Below are positions 22,304 to 34,300 of a stretch of DNA of 64,000 nt, piece after piece. The notes below the pieces were generated by a model. The model was not told the origin of the DNA. It saw only the letters and a program-made list of their open reading frames with translations, and did no database searches. The stretch covers positions 7,688,001 through 7,752,000 of the forward strand of contig OU015568.1 in assembly GCA_907165135.1 (NCBI GenBank). The letters run 5' to 3'. Each line of letters starts with the position of its first letter. Position 1 is the first letter of the stretch. Origin of the DNA: Oikopleura dioica (taxonomy: Eukaryota; Animalia; Chordata). Position numbers and translations under genes: made by a program.

Positions 22304-25300
22304 ATGAAACTCGGAGCTTTCTTCTTGGCCTTACAACAGACATCTGTTGAGGTACAGTATTAATTTTATTATTTTTTAATTAAATTATTAAATTGCTTAT
22401 TTTTCGTTCTGATTTTCAAACTTTTCTTTTAATTTTATTTTATTAATTAAATTTATTACCGGTTGTTACTTATTACGTAGGCGTAGATAGATTCGTTCTT
22501 ATTGGCTGATTTTTCAAATCGGGTGATCTGATTCGCCATTTTTTAATTTTTCGCTTTGTTGACAATTTTCGTGTTTTTCGCGTGAGTTCGCTATAATTTT
22601 CACGAACCCTAGCTGGTCTTTGATGAAGATTGATTCTTAATTCAAAACATCCATATGCTAACTTTTCCAGCTGCCAGGGTGGGTTAAATTTCGTGCGTTT
22701 TCGAATCACGTGTTCGAATTTCTGATGATGAATGTGTTATTGGTTGAATATTATTTATGAATTCAGTATTTGAATCCCTCGTTAATTGTTCTCAGACCAA
22801 CCGGTTCACGTTTCTCAATCCTCAAAAGAGGAATTAAGGGTGTATCGCGCCGTAAATCCAATGCGCGGTTTTCTCACCCCGCGCCCATTAAAATCGGCTT
22901 TTGGCTGATTTGATGAACTCTTGAAATGGAACTGATGCTAAGCACTTTTCCAAGCGTGGCGTGGACCGTTCTTGAGGACTGCAAATCGCCGTCCTATTGG
23001 CTTAGGTTCTAAATAAGGGCTTGAGCGATCTTGAAATTCGATTTCATGGTGCTCGACGAATTGATCCCAAGGCCACTCGAATGTTTTCTAAACCTACTCG
23101 TGGCTCTAGCCCTAGCCACCCTCTGTTGCTGCTCCCTTTTCATCCCTTCCGGCCGCACTGCTGTGTACAAACTGATCGCCTTCCACTTTTCCTGATAGTA
23201 GGACCCTTTGACTTGTTCCCCCGCGGGCGGACGTCATGTCCTAAAAAGGCTAAGCCCTTATCTAGCCATCCCGTAGCCTGTGTAAAACCTTTCCGGAGTA
23301 ACTATTGCGTTCCTCAACTGGCTACAAACGGCCTTACACATGTATTTACTCATTATCAGCACTTTCACTTGAAAAGCCATTCACTTTTCATTAGTTGCCA
23401 GTATGCTGTTGATACCCTTAATCTGTGATTAATTTATTTTCGCTTGAAGTCCGATTCTTGATAGATTTGCTGCTGAAAATCGAGAAGCCGCTTGCGGCTT
23501 CGAGTAAAATAAGAAGAAAAAGCCGCGCTTCGCGTGGCTCAAGTTCTTTATTACTCGAAGCCGCAAGCGGCTTCTCGATTTCAAGCATCAATTCTACTTA
23601 TCGAGAGAAATAACGGTTGTTACCTCGCGTTCTATGAAATATTTTGATTGCTGAATTAGTGCTCTCATCGCGCGAAAATACAAAAATACCACCGTTCTTT
23701 TGATACAGCTCAACTTCAATTCTCACACCGCTAATTCCATTTATCGATTTCAATCGTATTTACTCTGTGCGTTTTAGAACGCGTAACTTTTAGAAGAAAA
23801 ATTGAAAACTTGTTAGCTTTGGAATGTTTTTACGGGTAAATGGATTTATTTCTCTATCTACCGCCGTGGCGAAAGCGATTTATGATTCGAGTATAAAAAT
23901 GTACTTCTGATGTATGAACTTAATAGCTGAATAGTCGATACTCTCTTGAAAGTCAGAGTTGTCGAAAATTTTAAAAGCCGCCAATTTTGGGCAAATTGGA
24001 TAATGTCAGCGGGGCATTCTACAAGCTTGTTTTTCGGACTCTAAGCAAAACTAAGCGACCTAACGCCATTCCATAACTGATTCAAAGAACCAAGAAAAAT
24101 TTCAAAAAAAAATTTGCCTGAGTTTTATTTTTGAGAAGAAACAATAGTTTTTCTCGTTTTTGTTATCTTTTAGAAAGTGTTTTTAAAAAGTTACTTAGTA
24201 CTTTCTTTTCCCTTCTTTCCAAATTAGCTCCTTTCGAAAATCACCTCGCTCCCGTTAGAGAGCCCATCGCGAAACCCGTCCGGTAGGCGATTATGTTTTT
24301 AACCCGCTCACGTCCATAACCGCCTCGTTAGTTTTTTGGCGATTAAAAATCGCTTTTTGTTCATAACTTCTCGGAAGAAGCGAATCTGAAATTCGGTAAT
24401 TACTCAGCTTGTTTGACTGCTTCTTCTATTTCTTGCTGATTTTCCATCTCTTCGGAACTGTGCTCGGCAAGCTGCGTAGAAAACCTGAGTCAGGACTTGA
24501 AAGGGCTTCATTGCGGCTTTTTTTTGTGTAAAAGCCGCAACGCGGCTTTTTATTGAAGGTTTTCTCAAACCCTGACTCAGGTTTTCTACACAGGCTACCT
24601 TAGCCTAAGGGTCTTAGGAGCCTGACTCAGGTTTTTCCCCAGGACCCCAGGTCTGAAGAGAAGATATGCGCGTTTGAGTAACTTTCATCTAAAATCATGT
24701 TTTCTGTGTTTTCCAATTTGTCCAGCACGCCGCGAAATATTTAAAAATCTATATGTAAATGTATGCATGCAAACTCTTGTGACCCAATATCCGGGCTAAA
24801 TTCTTCTCTTGGTTGGCGCTTTCGTCTTGCCGACCAAAACGTTCTCGCGAAACAAATCGGATGAGGAGCAGTGTAAAAAGCGATTATTATCGCCGTTCCA
24901 CGGGAAGTCACAAGAGGTCCTTTTTTCAAATTCGTGCTTCACGTAATTGGGTCTTTTGAACGATTGTAGAAAGATCGTTCTACTCAGACAGAGAAGAAAG
25001 TAAAATAGCTGAGTTGAATTGGCAGAATTTCAAATATGCCAATGCTGCTGAACAATGTTTGAGTCACTTAGCTTGCGAATGGTTCAAATAGATAAATCCA
25101 GTAACTTCTCAAGTCGTTAAAAGTTTCATGTTTACAAGAGCATCGGCATTTCTTTTAAATTTGACAAATCCGCGGATCAAAAAGTCACCCACCGAGTTTA
25201 TCACGTTTAGACTTTATATCAGCACTTTTCTCCGAAGCAGGGCTCGGCAGCCTGTGTTGAAAACCTGAGTCAGGGATTTTCATTAAACATTCTTCAGTCC

Positions 25301-28300
25301 CTGACTCAGGTTTTCAACACAGGTTGCTGAACCCAGATCTAAGGATTTTAATTGATTTTTGAATTTTTGGAATTTTCAAATTTTGTTGTATCATCAATTT
25401 TCTTCCGGCCGCAAAAGAAATGTGCGAAAATTAATCTGACCGAAATAAAAGTGGTCACTCGAGCGTTGTGACCGCGTTTACTGGAATTTACCAGCTCAAC
25501 GTGATTGACGCGAACGTTTTGGAGTGCTGAGCTAGAGCACCTGCTGGAGTGAAATGTGACAACTATTCCCGTCAAATTGAGGAGAACAGGCGAGGATTCC
25601 TTCGCTTGGTCAGTTGTTCCATTCGGGCATTTTTTTCAAGAACCAAAATGTTTGAAAAATCGCGGTAAAACGCACTTCACGGACCATTTTTTCTGCTTCG
25701 ATTATTTTTGCTTTGTGAGCTTACTTGAGAAAGTTGAATAAATAAAACCGGATTTTCTCGCTATTTTTTATAAAAAACGAAGCATTTTTCGAACAATTTT
25801 TTTTGATGATTTTTCGTATTTTTCGTAAAAAAAAAGTTCTAAAAGAAAAATGTTAAATCAAACCGAGAGGGCCCTCGATTTTCAAATTTTTAGAGCTAAG
25901 AATTTCGAGTGTCCTGATTATTCCGCCGTGCTTAAAAAAACTCGTTGTTTTTGATAATTTTCAACTTTTCAATTTTTCATTTATCTTTCAAGCCGCTTCT
26001 CTCGAGATTAGCTGGAAAAATGAGCGGGAAGCAATAATCGAAAAAATTAGTAAAAACAGCCACTTTCGATTAGCTTTACTTAGAAGGTTCGGGCTCAGCA
26101 CCCTGTGTAAAAACCTGAGTCAGGTTTTGAAGATGTTTTTTCAACTAGCGAAGCCGCTATGCGGCTTCGTTTTTAAAAAAGCCGCTACGCGGCTTTTCAT
26201 TTAGGATTTTTCAGACCCTGACTTAGGTTTTCTACACAGGTTGCTTATCCCAGTATACTGTAAAGTGAAGGAAAGAAGCTTGAAACATCGATCTTCTTTC
26301 TTTTGCTAAGTCATTCTAAAAATTCACGAGGGTGACAGTTTTCTTATTCGGCGACGTAGAGGGAAATTCACGAAAATAGCAACAATGTCCTATTTACCCG
26401 GATATAAAACGCGAAAATGAAGTTTTCGCGGAAAATTTTTGCGGATTTTTTTCGGATTTATGAAGCATGTGTTTTGTGGCATGTTCGATTTAGATCAAAT
26501 CGATTAGAATCTTTCTTTTTCTTCTTATTGGAAAGCGCTTAAATTGTGAACTAGTCATTATTTGTTCAATAAAATCAAGATCGTTAATTCTATCTTTCAG
26601 GCAAAATCGGCAAAGCCATGGAGAGTCTTCCACGCAGAAAAGCAGAAATCAAAGCGCACGACACTTTCGGCCGCTGAAAACAACAGAATCCTTCGCCAGC
26701 AAAAGAAGGCATTCGAAGAAGACAAGGCCGACGACAAAGTTCTAATTCTTGATTGGTAAGCGTTTAAATTTCTAAGGCCAAATTCGATATCAGCATCTCC
26801 TTCCAAATTCGCGTTAATCTTTCAATGTTTAGGAAGGATCTATTAGCTCTTATCAATTTTCGCGCTCGCTAAAAAAAGTGAAGAGCGGACATTTCATTTT
26901 TTCGTAATCAGTTGGTACCATCAGCAGCCTCTAAAGATGGGGAGTTCCTAAATTGTGTAGCCTAGACAAGATAGGCGCCTTATCGCGAGCCTCGCTCGCT
27001 CGGCGGGTGATCGCCCGCGCGCGCAAGTGATTACTAATCAGCCACTGAATGTTTGACAAACGGAGCCGGGCTTAGAAGTAGAGGTCAACCCATCATTAAC
27101 GCAGCTGCTCTATATCGGCCTGAGTAGATCCGCGCTCCGAAACCTGAGTCAGGGTTCTGAAAGAGCTGTTATATAATTATATCAATCTCGATTTGAAAAT
27201 CTGGCGAAGCCGCTTTGCGGCTTCGTTTTCAAAAAAGCCGCTACGCGGCTTTTCATTTAAGCTGGTTTAGGGGGAAACGATCGAAACAATTCTGCATGCA
27301 GAACTATTCTGCAAAATGCAAAATCTCCAAAACGGATATTAGCACAAAAAACACCAAAAAGACTCAATTGACCGAAATATTGGAGTCCCAGCGGTAGAGA
27401 AAGACTGCCCCTGCCAACCCAATGAGTTTCCTACCAGAAAATGCGCGCGTAAGGGCCGTAGGCCTGTCGCGTGCTTAATTCACGAAATGCAGAATAGTTC
27501 TGGATATATAGAATAGTTCTGCTTTTCGCAGAATAGTTCTGCATCTGTGCAGAATAGTTCTGTATTTTGCAGATTAGTTCTACCTTTGCAGAATAGTTCT
27601 GCATTCGGCAGAATAGTTCTGCGAAACGCAGAATAGTTCCATTTTCTGCAGAATAGTTCTATTTTTTGCAGAATAGTTCTGCATGCAGAATTGTTTCGAG
27701 CCCCTCCCGGTTTAGGCCCTGACTCAGGTTTCTACACAGGTTGCCGAGTCAAGAAATAGATGATAGGGCGAGATTGTTATCTACAGAGTAAAATTACATC
27801 AGTGCTTTTTTCTTAAAAAAGATGATGAAAAACGATGATTGAAAGTTTCCGAAATTGATATTCAAAAAAATCTAATCTTTTAATTTCAGGTGGGGTGGAA
27901 ACCCAACTCGTCAGCGCATCACAAAACACGAGTGTCCGGAATCAACCTGTTACGTTACCAACGACCGTAGTTACGAAAAAGAAGCAGAAGGCATTCTCAT
28001 CGACAACACCAGATTCATCCAGCATCATGGAGAGGATCATCCAGAATTGGAGAACAGAAATCAGGATCAGTACTGGATCTTCTGGGCGAGAGAGGCAGCT
28101 TCAAAGGGTGTCAATGCCGGTGGACGGCTTATGCAAGGAATGTTTATGCATTTTTTGATAGAAAATAGTCTAGTTGAAGCTCAAGTACCGTAATTCAAAT
28201 AATTCGAGCTAAGAGGCCATCTGATCGTCGCGACTCGCGCAGGCGAACTGGAGTAGCGAGAGTGACCACAGAATAAGGGGGACGTGACGATCTGGCAACC

Positions 28301-31300
28301 AAAAACACAAGTGGACACCGTGTAGGATTTTCAGAACTCTTTTTTGATTGATCGAATCTCCTTCTCTCTTCGCTTTCATCAGCAGTTTTTTCAATTGAAG
28401 AATAAGGGTGTCACTTTGGTATTTTTTCAAAGAAATCGTTGAATTAAGGGTGTCCTACTACTGTCATCAACTCTGTTTGATCATATTTTTACAGTCATAC
28501 GTTTGATATGATTGTAAGTAGATAGTATTAAGGATGTAAACAACGATATGTAAAGTCATCAATGGAGATGGTGATGATTCATAACTGATGATGTTTACTT
28601 GTTATTTTTTCGTTTTAATCCACCTTCGATGTGTTATGAACTATCTGACCCAAATCTTCAATTACGCCAGCCTTGATCCCATAATTTACGCGTCCCGATT
28701 CTATGTTTTGAAGTTGCCGCCGTTAGGTACTAGCCATGTTGTTGCCTCAGAAAGTTAGAAACGCTGGCCACGGAAGCATCCACAAACAGCCCGGGCTCGA
28801 CTCTCTTTAGAAGCGGATTAAAACTACACGTGTTTTAGTCATCTCGAGCGGGCTTCTATTTTCAGTAACAACCGAGACCCGTTTTTATGTTTTTTGCAAA
28901 AACGCGATTGCGTTGCAATATCAAATCAAGAAAGAAAAGTAGATTAGTTTACGTTAAACAAACCATCATTTTGCAATATTCAACTTTAGAAAGATATTCG
29001 ATTTACCCATTATGGGCTACCCATCAAGAGCAATTAAAAACGAACTTTCTTTCTAAAAATCGAGAAGCCGCTTGCGGCTTCGAGTCAAATAGAAAACCTA
29101 AACCGCGCGAAGCGCGGCTTTTTATCTTATTTTGAGGAAATTTCGATCGTTACTACAGTAGTACTACAATCACTGCTAGAAATCGAGAAGCCGCTTGCGG
29201 CTTCGAGAAAAATTAGACGCAAAAGGCGCGCTACGCGCGGCTAAAGTTTTCTTTTACTCGAAGCCGCAAGCGGCTTCTCGATTTGGAGCAGTAATTCTAT
29301 TGCAGTAAAAATCAGAATTCTAGCGAAAATAAGAGGCTTTTTTGAAAACTGAAATGTCGGCGTTATTAAAATGCGGCCTCACTTGTACTAGGAATGAATA
29401 TTCTACCGTAGCTCTTTCTCTCTTTCTCATATTCGCAACTCGAGAGCATGAATACAGAAACCTGGAAAAGGACATGAGTGGCTGCGCATAAGTCGCCGTC
29501 CATAACGCGGCTGGAAATGAGGAAGATTGGGAGAAGTAGTTTGGCTAAGTAGCTCAAAATTACTTCCGTCATTTTCGAAAATTAGCGAAAATTCCCGAAA
29601 GCGATAAGCAAGGCTCCTTTCTTTCGTGGAACGTGAGTAACTGATTATTGTTATTATTATTTTCCTCAAAAAAAGGAGCTCGTAAAAGACATCTTTTAAA
29701 AATTAAGCAAAATCGGAGAATAGAAAGTTTTGATAAAAACCTTTCAATCACCACATTATACGCATTTTTCTCAAGAACATAACACATATTTACCGGCCCC
29801 TTTTTCAAGGGCACGTGCAGATTTTCTTTCCTCGTCAATCTCACGCGTTGTTGTTTCGCGGAGCATTTAGAGCCACCAATTTTCTGTTTCAGCTGAATTC
29901 TTTCGAAAACACTCATTATCCGCCCAAGAATTTCGAATTCACCACCAGCTACAGACAAATTTCATGCTAAGAAGCTTTTAACTTGCCGCAATGGGGTAAT
30001 TTTTTTTGCTTTAGTTTCAAGAAACGTGGCTGTTTTTTAGTTACCTGTGTATTAAACCTAAGTCAGATTCTCAAATATCTCCAATGAAAAGCCGCGTAGC
30101 GGCTTTTTCTTAAAAACGAAGCCGCGAAGCGGCTTCGCCAGAATTTAAATATTTATTGAAAAAGTAATTTTGCGAAGCCGCTTTGCGGCTTCGTGTAAAA
30201 AAGCCGCAGAGCTGCTTTTCATTAGAGATATTTGAGAACCTGACTCATGTTTTATACACAGGTTACACACAGCTTTAGAAATTTCGTCAACTTTCATCTA
30301 AAAATAGATTGAGAGCACTTAGCCTCTAGTTTTACGACTCAGATCATTTGTTAGATCGCTCAATTGGAGTGTAATAATTAGGCCTCGGACGTAAAAATTT
30401 CGATTTTCACCATCGGAGCTTCGTATGAGGACGAGAGTAGGCTCATTCGAAAGCTCTTAAAGAGAACTTTCTTATGCGCAAATAAATAAATTAGACCCTG
30501 TCTCCCTGTTTCAAGTTATTTCTAAAAACTTTTTTCGACTTTATCTTTAACGGTAGATTACTCAAAACTGGTAGACAGGGTCCAATTTTTTTATTTGCGC
30601 ATAAGAAAGCCCTCTTCAAGAGCTTTCGAATGAGCCTATTCTCAATCCTATACAAAGCTCCGATGATGGTGATGGATTTTTACGTCCGAGGCCTAGTAAT
30701 AATTAATTAAAAATTATTCATATGGTATGTAATAGCCTGTTTACAACACATTTATCGGATCGTCATCTACTTATAATGACTTGTAGTTGTATCTAAATTA
30801 TCGCTACTTGACTACTTTGTGGTCGATACAAATCGCTTTGTCCATTCTCCTAATTTCCATGCTTATTTAAACATCGTTGATCGGAACAAGGCACGCTCTA
30901 AAACTGCTGTTTTCGGTGCTCGAGCGAGCAGTCAGTGTTCCTCCCTCTTGAAATTGAAAACGAAAAGTACTCAACGCACCCCGGAACTCACTCAAATGAA
31001 TCGGGAAAAAAGGCTGCGGCTCAAGAATTCGAAGAGAATAGAAGTGCTGGCTCTGTACCCGGCTAACTAAGGGTCTCTCTTCTCATCAACTATTGAATTT
31101 CTTCCTTGATATCAAGATTTTAATACAAGAGTAAGCTTACGACTTCCGTAAATAGCCATCATCGTTCTCAGAAAGAGCTCCCTCTTATCAGGGGATACTC
31201 CTGAGCCTGTCCCCCGCTGTTGGCTTATCTAATTTCTGTCAGTTTGGACGACTCCTAATCTCCAAGCAAATGAAAAGCCGAAAACGCGGGATCGAACATT

Positions 31301-34300
31301 TCACCCTTCAAATTACGATCCATTCCATTACCGATCCCATTAGTTACGTATGCGCACTTGAATCGTCCTACCATCACTTTTTCGCGCGCAAAAAGTGGGA
31401 GGAGTAAATATTTGGCGAGGCGCAAATTTGACGGCGGTTAGTGGGTTCACGAAAATTAGCGAAGATTTTTCGAAAACCAAAAACTCTCAAATTCGACAGA
31501 TTTTCTCTTCGTGTTTTTTTTTCCATTTTCTCTTTAAAACCATGCTCTTCGCCGTGGTAAGACTAACAACCAAAATAGACCTTATTAGTTTGACTTTTCG
31601 AAAAAGCTACTTTTCACGAGACTTTTGCATAAACTGAAAAACAGGCGCCTGGGACTCCGGATTCAACATGACCACAAGCTACAGGCGCGATTCCGACATT
31701 CCCCGACCATTTGGATCGAAGAACGACGCCATCCGAAATGCTCGATACAAGAATGGAGTTCTCATCGAAGACGACGAAGCGCACATTCGAAACATCATGA
31801 AATACAAAAACCCGGCCAACACAAAATACGCTGCTTGGATTGTAAGTTCACTCGAAATTTGGAAATTTCAAAATCCTATTTTTTGGCGGCTTTTACGGGT
31901 CATAGTTATCGATAGTCGAGGAAATAGTCTTAAGATTTTTCTTGTTGGTTACGGAGCTTGGGTTCGAGCTAAGGCGGTGGGTTAAGCTTGTCAAGGAGTT
32001 GAACACTCCAGCCGAAATCCGCCGGATTTTCTCGCCAAACTGACACGTAACTTTCTCTTCGCGATTTCGAAAAGAACGTGCCACGTAAAAACCATAAGCG
32101 CTCAACTAGCTCTTCTTTTGACTCGTTCAATTTCAAAATCATAACTTGCGAAACTTCTAATCCGTAAACTCGCATTCGGCACTCACGTGATCTAATAAGT
32201 CGCTTCCCTGAAATCAGTAGCTCTAGCTATCATGAGAGCGCTTTGATAAGCGGCATATCGACAAGCTAAAGGTTAAAAAATTCTCACCAGGCCTCTTTTC
32301 GCCCCGCTCAGCTTGTTTAGAACTTACACTATCTTATCAAGCCGAAATTTGTTTCCACTAGCCCTGATTAGAGCGTTTAATTAGTCTCTCTCCAAGAATA
32401 CAGTAGATCTTCAGTTCCAGAAATTAAGTGAAAAGCCGCGTAGCGGCTTTTTTTTTAAATGAAGCCGAATTGCCACTAGAATCATTTAAAAAAAATTACT
32501 AATATTTTTTTATTTTATTGTTAATAATTATTAACTTATTCATAATCAATACATTTCTTTAATTCTTTTTAAATTTTTTATAAATTATTTATAAAAGTTA
32601 TTTTTAAAAGTCAGTTTTAACATTTTAAGAGGTGATCGAGTTATCGTTGTCTACCCCCTTAATTCAACTTTTCCCGTTTTCGCAATTTTGAGCGGAGAAT
32701 CAGCGTATTCGGTACTGAAATTCTTGTGGGACCATTTTAACCCGCCTGAACTGGTTCTCTTGGCATTCCTCTTCTTCTCTTTACGAGATCTAAATCGCAA
32801 CTATTTTCCAAGCAACCGCTAATCTCTATAATAAAGAGATTGGTCCTCCTCTCTCTCCGTTTTTTTCGCGAGAACATTCCGTTCTCCAAGCCACAGAATC
32901 ACGTTCTAGCGCGAGAATTTCGAGCTTTTCCAAGTTTGCAAAACATTTACGAAAACATGCAAAAATGGAGTGTTTATGGAGAGCTACGTAATATTTTGAA
33001 TTTCATGTTTTCGCTGGAAATAGATGCTTCTAAATCCCGGATTTAAAATTTTCAAATTTCACAAAGTACCTCGCAATAAATGGAAACCTGAGTCAGGGTC
33101 CTAAAGATCTTTTATTAGAAGCAGCGCAGCGGCTTTTTAAAAACGAAGCCGCAAAGCTTCTTGAGAATAGATTTGAATATCGATTTCGCGAAGCCGCTTT
33201 GCGGCTTCGTTTTAAAAAGCCGCTACCCGGCTTTTCATTTTCGTTTTTCCAGACCCTGATTCAGGTTCTCTTCACAGGTTTTCTAGCTCAGAGCACACGT
33301 ACCATCCATTTTTGCATACCAAAATTTCAAGATATGCATTTTCTTTTATCTTCCCACGAAAAATATTGAAGCTTCCCTTTTTTTAAAAAAGCGATAAGCG
33401 TTAATTTCCCCGTGCTCACGGAAAAATTCTCTTATCAGAACTATTCAATGAGCTGGAATTAATCTTTTTCTAGCTTTTTTTTTTAATTCATCCTAATCGA
33501 AAAGGGCTCACGTGGCGAGCTTTTTTGGAGCGGGGCGATAAAATTTAATTCAAATATTTTTTGAAACTTGAAAACTTGGATCAGCCACAGATAAACAGTT
33601 GAGAGTTCTTATCGAATTTAAAACAAAAGCCAAAGAAGATTCAAGTCAAGGCATTTTGAACAATTTCTAACTGTATTTTAAGGTTTCCAACTGCGAAGCA
33701 ACAGCTGGAGCATCGCAGCGATTCGACTACGGACAACGATTGGTCGAAGCCGGCTTAAAACTGGACGGCTACGGTGAGTGCTGGAACAACACCATCATCG
33801 AGAGCCCCTGGCATGGGGATCATGGCGAGCCTGGCCTTATTTCAAAGGAACGCGTTGTAGAACATCGTCTGATCCGCTCTATCTCTCCTCAAGAATCGTG
33901 GTGCTCTTGTTAGACCCCTTTTAACAACGCGTATAAAGTACAAGTTCTACTTGGCTTTCGAAAACTCGTACCACTGCAACGACTACGTCTCCGAAAAATT
34001 CTGGAGAAATTCGCTTGGCCAGGGCGCCGTTCCCATCGTTTACGGCCCTCATCCTGATGATGTCAAGGACAGTGGTTAAAAAACATCTTCTGAACAATAA
34101 TAGCTGCTTATTTGTTGAGCATTTCACGAGCTAAAAGAGGGTTATTTAGGAGCTAGAATTCGAAATTAGAGAGATCTGGGCTCAGCAATCTGTGTAGAAC
34201 GCCTGAGTCAGGGTCTGAAAGAAGTTCAATGATAAGCCGCGGAGCAAAGCGGCTTCGAAAAATTTATTTTCCAATCGATTTCAAAATTCTTGCGAAGCCG

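Noticed and set aside
27487-27685. Regularly spaced 13-bp repeats with short variable spacers resembling a CRISPR array
   Set aside because: The repeats and spacers are too short, the context is eukaryotic, there are no cas genes, and the array lies inside a TIR element with a TSD.
28209-29958. Several minus-strand ORFs in the long fucosyltransferase intron
   Set aside because: Low-information sequences overlapping repeats, with no motifs and no consistent exon phases.
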